From assembly GCF_009914755.1 (NCBI RefSeq), contig NC_060947.1: 64,000 bases of DNA, one strand, 5' to 3'. A program made the position numbers and the translations under genes. Each line of letters opens with the position of its first letter. Position 1 is the first letter of the stretch. The notes beneath the pieces were generated by a model. The model was not told where the DNA came from. It saw only the letters and a list, made by a program, of their open reading frames with translations, and did not search any database. Below, one piece after another: positions 1-14,623 of the stretch. This stretch comes from the human T2T-CHM13v2.0 reference genome, Homo sapiens.

Positions 1-512
1 AGCAATTAATAGAACACTCATTTATTTTCTCACAGATTCAGGAATCTTGGCAGATCTCAGCTCAGTCCTCTGTTTCAAAGTTCCTCACAAGGCTGCATAG
101 AAGATGTTGTCAGGGTTGTGGTCCTGTGTGAAGGCTTGACTGGTGAATGATTTGTTCCTAAGCTCATTCATATGATTGGCAGGATTCAGTTCCTCCAGAG
201 TGATTGGACTGAGGGCCTTCATTCTTGGATGTTTGTTGTCCAGAACCCACCCTTGGTTCCTTGATCATGGACCTCTCAGTAGGGCAGCTCATAAAAGTCC
301 ATTTGCTTCATCAGAGTGAAAGCCAAGGAGTGAAGACAAAGAATGAAAGCAAGTCATTCATAAGGAAGTCACAGTCTTTTATAGCCTAATTTCGTCATTA
401 ATAACATGTAACTAGGTTCAACCCTTACACACTGATAGGGGAATTACTCAAGGGCATGACTACCAGGATGCAGGAAACATTTGGGAGTCATTTAAGAAGC
501 TGCATACTCACA
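1..512 (-). mobile_element. Old MaLR LTR (MLT1F/G/H-like), cut by the window edge
   Basis: MLT1-type motifs 'ggcaggattcagttcct', 'gactgagggcct', 'agggcatgactaccaggatgcagg...ttgggagtcattt' and a terminal 'ctcaca' at 507-512; recognised from recalled consensus. Confidence 0.75.
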
Positions 513-544
513 TGGATATATACAATTTGATTTTAACAAATGTT

Positions 545-1010
545 ATGATATCTCTTTCTTTGATGACTTCAACAGAATCCTAATTGGTCTTTCTGCCTTC
601 TCTCCTGTTTTGTGATAATCATGGCATTCCCATGTTTGGAACATTTCACTGACTACCTCTTCAGGAGGAGATTGAAACTCCTTGTCATGTGTTTCAAGGT
701 TATTTACCTTTTCACTCCCACTAAAATGTACTTAGACTGAACTCCTTTGTTCCTGGAACAGAGACACTTAAAAGACTTGGAGACTTCTCCCTGAACACAG
801 TTTAATTTAACCAATTCTTCATTTGGCTTGTATTTAGATGACACTTCCATCAGAATGCAGCCTTCACAATTTACTATCGTCTTGACTCATTCACCTCCCT
901 CATTAGACACTGAGCTTGCAGGAAGGAGGAAGCATTTCTGTTTACTATTGTTTTCTCGCATGTACCACAGCTTCTGGCAAATATAAGTATGTAACACACA
1001 AATGAGTTAC
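545..1010 (+). mobile_element. L2 LINE 3' relic
   Basis: 'cctaattggtctttctgccttc' and 'cattagacactgagctt...cacagcttctggcaaatataagta' resemble the L2 3' end; heavily diverged, boundaries approximate. Confidence 0.55.
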
Positions 1011-1094
1011 AGTTATATATACTTAGTTTCATTGCACTAAGACAAGTACAATAAGGTATGAGTACTAACCCATAATTATTTAGTCACATAGTAA

Positions 1095-1936
1095 TGAAAC
1101 AGGAAATTTTCCCAGACTCCTTCACTGGCGGAAACTGGAATGAGGGCACTGGAGCTAGCCAGCTGTTTTGGCTGGCTGCAATTGCTTGGATCTGCTGCAC
1201 TCCACACCTTGCAGGAGGGGGAGCACAGCTGAGTTGGTGCAGGAGCCAGGGTGAGTGCTTCTGAGTGTCAGCAGAAGCAAAACTCTGGTGCGGGCCCTGC
1301 AGCAGCATCTAGAGGGGAGTACCCACAACCCCCGAAGCCCCAGAAGGAGTGTTACAGGCAAAGCGCTTATAGCCATCTGCAGATGGCTTAAGTGTTTAAC
1401 AGCTCAGTGGACCCTGTTCCTTTTCACGAGGGCAGAGAGTCAGTGTAACAGTCTTCTGTAACCTGAACTCTTGTCTGGCATCCAGGAAAAATCAGTTCAC
1501 ACAATTGAATTTAAGGATAGTAAATGTAGGGGATGTTATTGCCAATGGAAGTGGCTCTTAGCCGGAAGGAAAGCTGGGAAAGGGATGGAGCAGGAAGGTA
1601 TTTGTCCCCTGAAGTCCAGCTGTTTCCAGCTGGACTCTTTTCTAAAGTCCTGCCAATCAAGCCGTCCCTCTGAAGTCAAGCTGCTTCTCTCCAACGTTCA
1701 GCTGCTTCTTCTCATCTCCCTTTCTCTGCTCTCAGCCAGTGGAACCTAGGGTTTTTATGGGTACAGGATGGGGGGCAGGGTGGGTCAGAGTTGGTTTTGG
1801 GAAAAGCAACACTCAAGTGGGAAAACGGGGATGAAAAGTTTTCACTGTGGGCCATGGTTCCAGGCTTGAAGGTGGAGCCCTCGCCAGGGACCCTGCCCTT
1901 TTCTGCCTAGAGCTTATCTGTCTCCTATCCCTATCA
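1095..1936 (-). mobile_element. Solo ERV1-class LTR (LTR1/LTR28/MER52-related)
   Basis: GC-rich 842-bp block with TG...CA ends and 4-bp flanks gtaa (1091-1094) / gtag (1937-1940). The minus strand begins 'tgatagggataggagacag...aagggcagggtccctggcgagggctccacc', typical of this LTR group. Confidence 0.8.
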
Positions 1937-2060
1937 GTAGGAACTCACCATCTTTAGTAATTCATTCAGTGTGTGTGTGTATATATCTATGTATATGTAT
2001 AGAATATGAACCTGTTTCTTGAAAAATCCTTCTCATTACTCATTAAATACCAGAGATCTA

Positions 2061-2477
<417 letters not shown>

Positions 2478-2814
2478 TTGTATACATAATCACATATTTT
2501 CTTTAAAGTTTTCAAATGTGAAACTTAGATTTTTTTTTGTTTCAAAAGTGGTTGTGGTTGATTTAGTCAATAAAGTTTTAAAATGTATGGTTGGCCCACT
2601 TAAATAAACAACTTTAGTGGGCTGACATATATGTCCATTTCTTGATTTGTTGTTTCATTCTAAGTAAAATTTTTAATTTCTTATTGTCTGTTTAAAAAAT
2701 AACTGAAATACAATAATAATCAATAGAATAACTATCAAAAGGTTTTATGAGAATGAAGATAAATATATATCACAGATTCAAAACAAACTGACAATTTCTG
2801 TAATTATATGTTAA

Positions 2815-2965
2815 TATTTGTTGTGCCTTCACTATATGCCAGGTACTTTGTGAAGTTTTGACATGGATTATTACATTCAATTTTGTTTTCTACCCTATAC
2901 AGTAGGTACTGTTATTGAAATCATTTTGCAGATGAGCAAAGTGGAGCTTGAAATCAAGCTCAAGC
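2815..2965 (-). mobile_element. MIR SINE fragment
   Basis: 'actatatgccaggtact...agtaggtactgttatt...cattttgcagatgagcaaagtggagctt' is the reverse-complement MIR core. Confidence 0.7.
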
Positions 2966-4569
2966 AGGGTGATTCCGTAGCCTACATGCTACATTACTTT
3001 GCTGTGTTTACGACATAAACAAAGACTTGGAAATTGAATGTATTAGCACAATCCTGAATCCACAGCTTGTGCTTTTAAACACTACTGGATCACTCTGTAG
3101 TATAACTGTGCCTATGGCTCTACTATCAAAAATCTCACTTCAAGATCCCTTTATCTGCCCCACAGGACAAGGGTAAGGGTATTAATACATGAATTTGTAA
3201 CCTCTGAAGTACCTTATTCTTGCCTACCCGATTCTACCTAGTTTATGTAGAGTATTAATACATTTCTATTAATTGGACCCAGTAAAAATGTACCCACAAA
3301 AGACAGAACTGAATGACTCCATTTGCCCACTAAATGGTTTACAACATATTGAAACATGTCTCTCAATATAACACCAATCTAGAAAGAGTGAAAATATATT
3401 GAGGTTACTAACCACCCTAGATTAAGTTTTCCATTGTGTGCCTGGTCTGCCTTTGTTTTATCCATGGCCACATATTAATACTATTCTGATTTCCCCCTGC
3501 TTCCTGGCACTGTTTCCTCTTGTTCTTTGTCATCTGTTGATACTGGCTTAAGGATCATTGGATGGCTGTTAATTAAATTAATTTTGTAGGAGTCTAAGCA
3601 AAATATGTGATGCATTCAAATGGCAAGTACAACTACTGTGAATTAACAATAGTTCCTCCGTTAGAATGGCTTACTGAGAGCTGACTGTGCCTGGCTTCAT
3701 GTGATAAGAATAAACTGATAACTTGCTTCTGGCAATGTGTTAGGAATGTGTTGTTTCCTAGCATGTAATTGCTTTTAATAGTAGGTAACAAAAAGTAACT
3801 ACTCTGTGACATGTGATGCTATTAGGATATTTGTAATTTTCTTTGAAAAGAGAAGCTGGTGTGATTAGGTACCTTTTGTTCTGCTAACAGCAGTGATAAA
3901 GATGCTATCACTCCTCTCATAGGTTTTACTTACTATTTGCTCTTGCAGAATCAGATCACATCCCTATTAATTATTGGCATTTTGGTTCTATTTTACATGC
4001 TTTTGTTTTCTGAATGCTGACAATTTAAGCATTTTAATGATTGACTGCATTAGCAAATATTAATATAGCTGCATGATAGATCAGCATATGGTTCTGAAAT
4101 CTTTGTAATATAGTGTATAGACATTCATTTTTAACATTTTCGTAATCCATTTCCGGGCATAAACTGAACACATACACAGACTCATCAGAAATTTCTTAGA
4201 TTTGAGGCAGGGTTTTGGGACACAAGCGATTTTTAAATACTTCAGACTGCGGCAAAATTTAGCTAAGGGATTCCTTGTTTTTTAGCAGTTCCTGAGAAGA
4301 CTTGCAATCAGCCATATTTTGGGGGGAGTGCGGGTTCACTTATATTCTATGAAAGCAATGGGATTTTTTTTCTTTAGTGTTTTCTACTTGAAGGTTTTTT
4401 GGTCTGCTAATGTTGTCTATTATCTTTATGTAATGATGATGCCACCCCCTCTAATTAGTAGAGCATAATACTGTTTTGATTTTTAGTAATAATGTTTTTT
4501 TAACTGATCATATCATCCATATTTGCTTAATATTTCCTGTAACTAGTGACACTTTTTTTATGATGACAA

Positions 4570-4693
4570 GGGGCTGGGATAGAGTTTGTGGCCATGGTGC
4601 AAAACAAAGCTGACTGACTCAGTAAGCATTGAATTCATGATCTTAGTGTTATCAGCATAGTGCTCTAACCAACTTAAACAATTGGCCACAGGT
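4570..4693 (-). mobile_element. MamSINE1-like ancient SINE 5' part with tRNA-Ile-derived head
   Basis: The minus strand reads cctgtggccaattgtttaagttggttagagcactatgctgataacactaagatcatgaattcaat...cagctttgttttgcaccatggccaca, matching tRNA-Ile (A box 'agttggttagagc') followed by the recalled MamSINE1 body. Confidence 0.8.
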
Positions 4694-6169
4694 AAATAAT
4701 ATGTGATGACAAAAATAGCTAAAGTTTTCAGCCATTTTAAGCTGATAATATTTGCTTTCTGCAGTAGCAGTGCCTGAGGCAGCTTCATATTATAGCTCTC
4801 TTAAATTGTTTAATAATGAAGACTTTTGAACATGCTTTTTAAATTTAGTGCCTACCTATATCACAATATAACAATATATAATTGATCTTATATTTTTTTC
4901 AAAAGGCAAGTCAATAAGTTGTTGATTTTGTTATTTTTAGGGACACAACTAAATATATTTTAACTAAGGTTTATTGAGAGAGAGAGAGAATTACTTGTAC
5001 AAAGTCTTTTCTGCATTGTATCAATATTATGGTGTCATTTGCATTTTGTTCCAGTGATAGTCTCCATTTCCTCCAACCCTCAGAGACATTAAGGCAATTA
5101 TTTATTGTAATCAACTCTTTCCAATTTAATAACGTTTTTGAAAATACCATTATCACTTTCCTTGGTGGGCAGTTTATATTTGTGCCTCAGTGTTTATATA
5201 TTGCATAATATTTCCCTGAAAATTATTACCAAGAACTAAGTTTAATTAATTAGGATGGACCCTAGTTAGAATCTAATAAAGTAGTGGTCTTAAGAGTTTG
5301 TTCTGGTTTTTATGAATTTTGCAAATGGTTATAAATGGGTAATCTCTTTTTATAATTTAGTATTTATGTGGTATATGTAGCTTCTTTCAGTTATCTGTTT
5401 TAATAGAGGGGAACAAATGTACAGAACTTTGAAGGTATATGTGGAAGGGAAAGGTAATTAAATGTTTTTATGGTAATATTATTTTTGTATTTTAGTATCT
5501 TTAGCTCAGATCTATTTATGTTCCCCTAGACTAGGAGTAAGAAGCAAAAGGAGTAGTGAGAACAATCAACCTCTGGTCAGATATTTAGGGATTGTTTAGA
5601 GATCTTTTCAAAGATCATCTGTACCTTTTGGCAGCAAAGCAAAAAATGGGCTCTAGGCCTTTGGGAAATTTGCTATGTAGGTCCATTCTTAGGCCGTAAG
5701 TTTCCTCTGGGCCATATGTTAAAGAAAACCCAGTTATCTCGTATTGAATTCCTTTACGGTCAAAAGAATTACTAGGGACTTATGCTATTGGGGGTGTAAT
5801 TTTAAGTTGTGAAACTCTTTTTGTTGATTGTCTGAATTCATTATCTCCATTATTTGTCTCTTGCAGCAACAGTGATATTGCTGGTCAGGGTCCAATGTCT
5901 CAGGATTAATATGGTTAGAATTGCAACAAATATATATAAAATGAATTAATTCATAAGCTGTGCTAGATTTGTTTTGGTCTGTGGTCATTCTGTTGACTGG
6001 TTGTTGAGGGTTCTGCACGTTCCTTAGCCGCTGGGCAATGGCCAACCAGAAATATACATGTGAGCTGGAAATTCAGCTGTTTATTTAAACAGGAGCACAG
6101 ATAGCATAGACAGAAAGGAGTTGATTCATATGGTATTTGTTATATACTGTACATTCTTCTGAACATTTT

Positions 6170-6345
6170 ATATATATTAACCCATTTAATTAATTCTCAT
6201 GGAAGAAAACCTGTACGACAATGTTGTTATCTTCAATTATATAGGGGAGATAACTGGGTCATGGGGAGATTAAGTGACTTAGCTAAAGGTTACAAGCGTA
6301 ACAGATAAGAAAGCTGAGTTCCCACTCAGTGCTCTTAATTAGTAT
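6170..6345 (-). mobile_element. MIR SINE fragment
   Basis: 'ggagataactgggtcatggggagattaagtgacttagctaaaggttaca' is the reverse MIR core. Confidence 0.65.
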
Positions 6346-9300
6346 ACAAACTGCCAGCTTCCAAATTCATTTACACGATGTCAGTTGTATAACTGGCAGT
6401 CTAGATTCCTTTTATATATTTATGAAGTATATACCATATTGTAGAACTGTAGTCTTATTTCACTGGCCTTATACATGCCCTGACGGGTCTAAAGCTTATC
6501 TGAGTACCAGGATGGGTGTGACAGCAGGGAAGAGAATTTGTCTGGATCAGTGATATAAGCTCCAGTAGAGTTTCTAGATTATCCACATTTCTGTCTCTCT
6601 GAGTTGCTTCTGAGTCTGAGTAGTATTACTCATTCTTGGCATCTAAGGGTTCTTTTTGTAGAATCAAGTCTTGAAGATGACATTTGCAATTTTGGAAGGA
6701 CATGAGAAACCCTAACAGAAGTTGCTGCTGCTGTTTTAACCCCTCCAATTTTGTGTTTGTACCAAACACAAACATTTTTTCAGTCTTTCCTATTGATACG
6801 GCTATATAAACAGATATATTCCTTATATACTGTTATATAAGGAATGATTCAGAATTCCTTTATAAGCAATTGCTATGTTTTGCAAGTTTATTTCACTATC
6901 ATGTAAAAGGCCGAGGATTCTAAACCAATATTACTGTCTTTCTTTTGATATGTGTATTGATCATTATTCCCTACCATCTACCCTTACTGAAAGGAGGGGC
7001 CATATGGGATTAGATTGTCAGTAATGTTTTTATATCTTCCTTGAGGCCTCTAGTTCATATGACTCTTAGAAATGCTGTAACCTAAGTACCTAAATTATAT
7101 TATCATGCCTGTTATGTAAATATTAATGCTTTCCTAATAGTCTTTGAAGTGTGGGGTTTTGAGTTCCAAGGTCATTTTCAAACATCTCCTAAGAGGTGAC
7201 TGTTAGCAGGGGCAGGCATGACAGCATGCTTCTTTGACTGAAAGGAATCGATATGTCAACTTATCAAAATATGTTTTTTTTAATGCTGTTTCAAACAGAT
7301 TGCTTTTAAAAGGTCTTGAAAAAATATAAACCAATTAAAAGTTGTGGAAAGCTTAATTTTATAATAATTTTTGTCAAATTCGTTATTAAATTGAAATCAT
7401 ACTGTGTCACTTTTATTTTTTGCATGAAAAACACCTACTTATTTATAAGAATCATTTTATTTAATGCCTATCATACTGGCTCACTAAACGTTTGGTGTTC
7501 ATAGGCTTTCTTTTCTAATTTTTTGCACTTTCCAGTTTTGAATTAGAGTCAGGGATTATATGAAATATTTTAAATTTGAGTAATCAAAAAGGAGGTTATA
7601 TAAAAGGACTTTGATGCATGGAAATATTAACAATGTGCATGTATATTAATTGTTGAACATTATGAGTAATTAAACCTATCAATAGTTACTTAAAATTTGT
7701 TTGATTTTAATATTTCTGAACAAACTTTAGCCTGACCACTGCCATTGAGGAAGTTGACTTTAGGACCAACCAACTTTCCATGTAGGAAGTAACAGAGTTA
7801 CCAGGACATTAGAGTTTGTGACATGACTGTTTATAGAATGTCAATATTTTACTTATCACATTGAAATTCATCACTGATATCTTTGTAGAGGAAATGAAAA
7901 TATGCCCTGCTTTATTATTCATATTTACATAACAGAAATACAAGATTTAAGGCATAAATGTGTTAATAATGCCTTGACTCTTAAGGACATGTACCCTGAA
8001 ATTAATAGGACTAAAGCAACCTCTTTCCCTTACCATGTAGAGATTGACAATTGGGGCACATGAAATATTAGACATCTCTTTGCCAGTCAAAATACACAAT
8101 ACTTTGATGTACTGATAACTTTTAATGAAGGCACCAGCTATGCGTTAAATAAACCATTCAATAGACTTAATACTAACCAATGTTCAGAATTTGCTGGTTG
8201 TGGAAAATACATTTTTCTAGAGGTATTTAATGCTAATCTCCTTTACTAAGCAGTGATTAAAGATTTTTTGAGACCAAATTTTAATCAAAGATAAAATTTT
8301 TTTTACAACCCTTTCAGGTAATATCATAAGCCTAAATTCAGTGTAACTGAACTTTAGAAAATAGTCCTTTTGCCTATTTCTTTCAGAAATACACACCTCC
8401 CTTCTCTCACCAGACCCAGACACCTGCATAATCAACATAGGGATAAATTTACTTTGTTTCACAAATCTTATATCAATTGATGTTTGGGTATTAGGAGCTA
8501 CATTTCTGTGTATAGGTGTTAATAAGAAATGATGGCCTACATAGAGACTAATTTGCTGTAGAAATGAGATAACAGCATTATTCTAGCAATTCTTCCAAGC
8601 GGCCATTGAGGCTGTCCTCCTCATCTTATTTGCTCATTCAACAAATATGTATTGAATTTCTATCATATGCCATACACTACTAGTTTTTACAGAATGGTTA
8701 TTACTCCATTAGACCTATGACCCATGGAATGAGTAACTCTGAATTCTCTGTGGTAGAAATGGATTTTGTTTATCTTGTTTTGCCATGCTAGTATCTCTTT
8801 CTTTCTGTATTTTAGGCCCTGCTTGCTTACTTAGACTCAAGATAACTATTTCTTCCTCCTCCTTTCAGGAATCTCCTAGGATCCAAATTTTGTTTTGTTG
8901 TTATTTAGAGATGCTTAAACTGATGTGTATTAACTGAATCATTGTGTACTATGATACACAGTGTTTTCCAAAGCCCTTCTGCTTATTGTCTTATTTCTAG
9001 CCTGTTTTTATCTGAGTCCTCTCATTGCTTTGTAAACTCAAATATCAATATGATCAAAAAGATCCAGTCAACTTTGGGGTCACTGTATCTTGAAGTTTAG
9101 AAATGGGAATAGAGAAGACAACAGTTGAGTATCCAATAAGAGAAAAACCAAGATAGTGATAAAAAGTATTCAGAGTAGTGGAATATGCTTGCCACCTCAG
9201 TAGGCATTTGGTTTATAGAATTACTAATTAATTTTTTGTTGGAGAAAACTGCTTATATTTTCTTGGAAATGTATTTTTTATTTTCAAGAAGTATGTAGCA

Positions 9301-9384
9301 AACAGTCTTTCCAGAAAGTATGGGTTCCTTAATAATGTTCAGTAAATTCATTATTCTATACATTCTTATATTTAGAAATATATA

Positions 9385-9780
9385 TATATATTGAGGATCT
9401 GCTCTGTGCCAGATGCTAGTCTAGGCCTTGGGGGATATAGCTGTGATTAAGGCGATGTGATCTTGACTGTTTTAGAACTTAAAGTCTAACAGTAAAAATA
9501 TAATAATAAACATGTAATTATATTACTGTGAGTTTCAGATAGTATTGGTGCTCTAAAGAAGATAAAATACAGTAATATGATGGGAAAGTACTTAGGTGGG
9601 GGCTTAAGTGTGATGGTTATGGAAAATAACTTTAAAAGCATATGAGTTGGGAAATTTGAAAAACATACCCTCAGAAGCAGAATCCAGCAGGACTTGTTGA
9701 CGGATTGGATGCAGTACTTTTTTTTTTTAAAGCAAAGAATCAAGATCTCTTTTAGATTTGGGGCTTGAGCTGAACATAGT
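9385..9780 (-). mobile_element. L2 LINE 3' fragments
   Basis: 'tattgaggatctgctctgtgccagatgctagtctaggccttgggggatatagctgtga' and 'gcagaatccagcaggacttgttgacggattggatg' are typical antisense L2 motifs. Confidence 0.65.
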
Positions 9781-11867
9781 ACTGTCCAATAAGTATCTTA
9801 TTGTAGCCACTGAATCAGAAAAGGCTGAAGAGGATAGTGTTGACAGAAAAAGTGGTCAGAGGATTAAAACAATGTGATCATCTAGAAAAACCATCTGTGG
9901 ATGTACTATACCAACATTTTCAAAGGTAAGAAATACAGTGAAGCTCGAATTAGTTTAGTGTTGGTACATGGAAATAAATTGTATGGCTTTATCATTAACC
10001 TTTGCTTCAACTCTAGGGATTTGTGCTTTGTTTGATTGGACTGTAGAGACAATCTTTACTTTTCTGTCTATGTTTAACTATTTAGTCAAATGAATATTGC
10101 ACCTCTAAGTGTTTCTTTTGATTTACTGTAGGCTGAGGTCATACTGTGTACTAGGCGTGAATTAATTACAAATTGAACAACTTTGCTCTAGTGAAGAGAG
10201 AATTTTATTCTCATTCCAACTAAATCTATGATCCAAGAAAGATCTTTATATTCTTTGTGTGTCCGAGGGGGACTGAAAGTATACTCATAAAAACCTGTTC
10301 TGATTTTAAAAAAAGAAGAAATGACCTTCATTTCTTTTGGATCTTCTACTAAATGGCTTTAAAGCATCACATCACAAAGTCCTCTTCCCCATAGAAATAA
10401 TATTCTCTATCCAGGAAATTTTAAAAGGTTTGCATTATCTTGTTCTTGTGGTTGATAGTAAATTTAGCATTTATTAATTATTGACAAACTGCCAAAATGG
10501 ATCATACATATGTTACAAAAAATCTTTTGTATAAATTTCAAAGTATTCTTAATGTGGCTTTATTGTTATTTATGATAGATCACTAAGGTCTCTCTCACTT
10601 ATTTCTTCGTGCTCCATTCTTAAGCAGCCATTTCTCTAGGAACTTAGTCCTACAGAATGAGTGGAATTGGTAAAGTAATTGTGATCGTTGATGATTTCCT
10701 CATCTTTTTAATCCAGAAAAGTTAGCAACAAACCTGAATTCTTAGTGGGTTGTCTGAGCTTTGCAACTTTATCCAGGACCATGGAAGAATATTCCAACTG
10801 TACTATTTTACTGTATTTCAGTTTGGCAGAGAGGTATTTTAGCACCATTATAATAACCTCATTTATGAAAGTGTTGGAGAATTGCATTCTATAAGATAAT
10901 GTAGCTTCTCTGTATGATAATGTTTTCACACAGTGTATTAGTGCATGTGGAAGTATATTGGAATTGAGATTTGCTAACCTGCATCTAAGATAGCTTAGTT
11001 TATTTGATTAGTGAACTCCAAATAAATTATTTTGGAGGGCCCTTGGGAAGTATATAAGAAATTTAAAAACCAACTCCTTCAGACCACTAGTTTCCCTTCT
11101 GTTTATGATGTTTATCACTTCACATTTTTAATTAGTAAAGTATAAAATGAATCATACAATTATAGTAGTGGAGTTTTTTGTCTTCTAGAAGTGACATCGT
11201 AATAGTTATTTTAAAACATGTAGAGAGTCATGCATATGTATGTGGAAGGGTAATCAACATTGTTTTAATGTCTTATGCTAAGTTGCACATACAAACACAT
11301 CTTTTAATTTATGGAAGTTACTTACATTTCTACATAAAATCTCAGCTGTTTGTACATGTCCCAGACTATACTGGATTCTGGTTTGCTCAGTTATTCCTTC
11401 CTTATTCTGAGAGTTTAGCAAAGGGAAAATGTCAACCTCACCCTAGAGAAAGTAGAGAGCTAAGCAGTAGAAAAAGCTATTTGTGCCAGGCTTGGAAGAC
11501 CCCAGTCTTTCCATTTCTGCCTTTCAAAGAAGCTCTTTCTAGGGGCATAGTACTAAAGATTGAGCCAGGGCTTTTGTTCTGGTTATTCATTGCACAAGGG
11601 TGCCTTGCTGATGGTTTGATTAGGGGCTGAAATTTGACACGGGTTCTACTTGTCAAGCTGTGTAGCCACAGGCCTATTTCCAACTAGAGTGCGCATTTCC
11701 GATTTTCACAACAGTATCATATAGTCTGGAGACAGCCCAGGCAGGCCATAGTATAGACAGCCACTGCACCTGGCTCTTATTCTTCATAGCTCCCTCAAAG
11801 TGTTTTCTGCAATACTTCCTGCTCTGTGCTCCTCTACCCTGTTTTTTAAATTTTTTTTTCGAAAAAG

Positions 11868-11978
11868 TTTTGTTTGTTTTTTATTGATACGTAATAGTTA
11901 CGCATATTTTGGGGGCTACATCTGATACTTTGATACCTGTATACAGTATATAGTGATCAAATAAAGGTAATTGGGATC
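11868..11978 (-). mobile_element. Short L1MA 3'-end fragment
   Basis: T-rich tail then 'ttattgatacgtaatagttacgcatattttggggg...gtgatcaaataaaggtaattgggat', resembling an L1MA 3' UTR terminus. Confidence 0.7.
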
Positions 11979-12289
11979 TTTCTTTTTCTTCTGAGCCTTT
12001 TCTTTGCTGAGAGGAAGCTAATACCACTAAGGGTGCTTAATTATTTATCTTTGTTGGAATAAGGTAAATGTTACCTTGAAGAGTTATATTTGCTATCATT
12101 ATCAATATCACTGGAGTCTGGAATATATCTTAGTACTTTCTCTCTTTTCTCAGTAACCCCTTCCTTCAAAATGCAGCATCTTAAATGGTAGTTTGTGTAC
12201 TTTCTGACTTCTCAGTGAATGATGTAATTTTGTTCATTAAAAAAAAATTCAATTTAAATAAACTTGCAGGTGGAAGGTGGAAAATAAAT

Positions 12290-12800
<511 letters not shown>

Positions 12801-14623
12801 ATTGAAACCAAGGTATCCTGTTTTATGGTCTTTTTTTTTTTTTTTTTTTTACTATGTTATAATTTATGAATTTGCTAATTGCTTCAATATTATTTTCTCT
12901 TTAACTTTTCATCAAGCTTTACAGTAAATCATTGCTTATTTGTTTTCCTGCTATTCATTGAGGATAAAGTAGCATCACATCAGTAGCTTTAAGAGGTTTG
13001 CCGTTTAATCTGTATTGCTTTTAGAGGTTAGCACGTTATAAAAGCCCCATTTCCATAATGGATGACTGGAAAAACCAGGTTGCTGTATATATGTGAACAC
13101 ATATATAACTAACAGTTTGTTTTCTCTGTCTCTAAGCTTGTGGGGTGGTATAAACAAACTTCAGTGTACTTTAAGTGCAGTTACTGTGCTTCAACTCATA
13201 AGCATTTCTTTAGAAAGAACATATACTCTGAAATATCTAGCATGCATTGATGAAGTAATCAAAATCTTGATCTCTAATATCTTTTCAAAGGGTTTCCTTC
13301 ACTGTCTCTTTCCCCTGGAATATATTATGCATCTCTAGGTGGTCAAACACATTGAGACCCATACCCTGACTAAATTTTCATAATCCCTGGGGTTCACAAT
13401 TGTTATTTAAAGTTCATAGATGTATACTTCACAAGTATAGGGGAATATCCTTGATATGCATACTGCTAGACCACTCTCTAGCCTGAAATGTTAATATGAT
13501 GATTATAGAGGAGTTGGATCCATTTAGAACTATTAGGAAGATTATTGACAGTAATATTTTGACTGGTTAGTTGGCATTAAACCTCAATAGAACTGTGAAA
13601 AGGTGATTGGGCAAAGGGCAGTGATAAAACCAAGATAATGAAAGCACATAACAAAAGAAGATTTACCCTTTGTCTTTTTAACACAAGCCATGTTATTTGT
13701 CATAGTCCCTTTAATACTTTAGTACTTGCTCCTAATTAAAAGTATTTCTGGAAAGAGATCTGGAACAGAGCTTTCCTGACAAAAATCAGATAATGGATGA
13801 TGTTTTGTAATACTGAGCATATTATATCTCATACCAACATATTTCTTTCTCTTTTAAGCCACAGGCATGATATGGAATGACCTGCCCATTCTCTCCCTGC
13901 TACTTCCCCAAATAGTTTTCCTATTCCTTTTATTTAAGGTATTATTCCGATGTTTGTGTTAGCAGGCAATGTGCCTTTGCTTTGCATTTTGTATATCCAA
14001 TTAATCCATGTGTGATGATCACAACTGATTACAGCTCAGGGAATAAGATGGGGTGATGATATGACTAATGCATACAGGTAGAATTAACAAGAGACTTTTC
14101 TAGAAGGTGTTCAAAGGGCAGAATAAAGAGACTATCTTTAAGTGGGGAATCAGTAAAGAAGTCTACAAACTTGCTTCTAGCTGAAAAGATGGTGTAAGTG
14201 TCAATTCTGTTGTGTTCTCTCTCTCCCAAAAGACCTGGTGGGATACAAACAAGTTACAATGACTTCATTCTAGAGAAAACATGGAATCCACTTTGTTTTG
14301 TTAAAAAGTTCTTGAATCAAAAATTTCAACAAAGTATTTACAAAAATAATATTCTGTGTCTTACTTTAAAACTGATGATATCAATATCACACCAGTGTGA
14401 CAAGACACTCTGATTGTGGTCCACTGGAGAATGTTCCATGTTAATCCAGAGGAAGAATTACTTCTTGTCATAGGATTATTGGTGAAGAAGGCCAGTAGAC
14501 CAATATCTTGACTTTTTGGGAGAGAGTTTTATACCTTAGGCCCTCTTGGCAGCTAGAGATACTAAGATGAATAAGATATGGTTTGCATCCTCGAAGAGGT
14601 CCTTATTTTCAAAAGAGAGGATG

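Noticed and set aside
4433-4512. C/D box snoRNA candidates (ATGATGA...CTGA; also near 39015 and 62508)
   Set aside because: No convincing terminal stem or recognisable rRNA/snRNA guide; such motifs are expected by chance.
4615-4687. Functional tRNA-Ile(GAT) gene
   Set aside because: Acceptor and T stems are disrupted, the B box is decayed, and the sequence continues into SINE body.
11178-11630. Longest ORF in the track (150 aa)
   Set aside because: Non-ATG start (ttg), no recognisable domain, composition typical of translated AT-rich non-coding DNA, and no supporting splice structure.
11759-11776. Isolated Alu 5'-end-like 17-mer (agccactgcacctggct)
   Set aside because: Too short to distinguish from chance and no adjoining Alu body.
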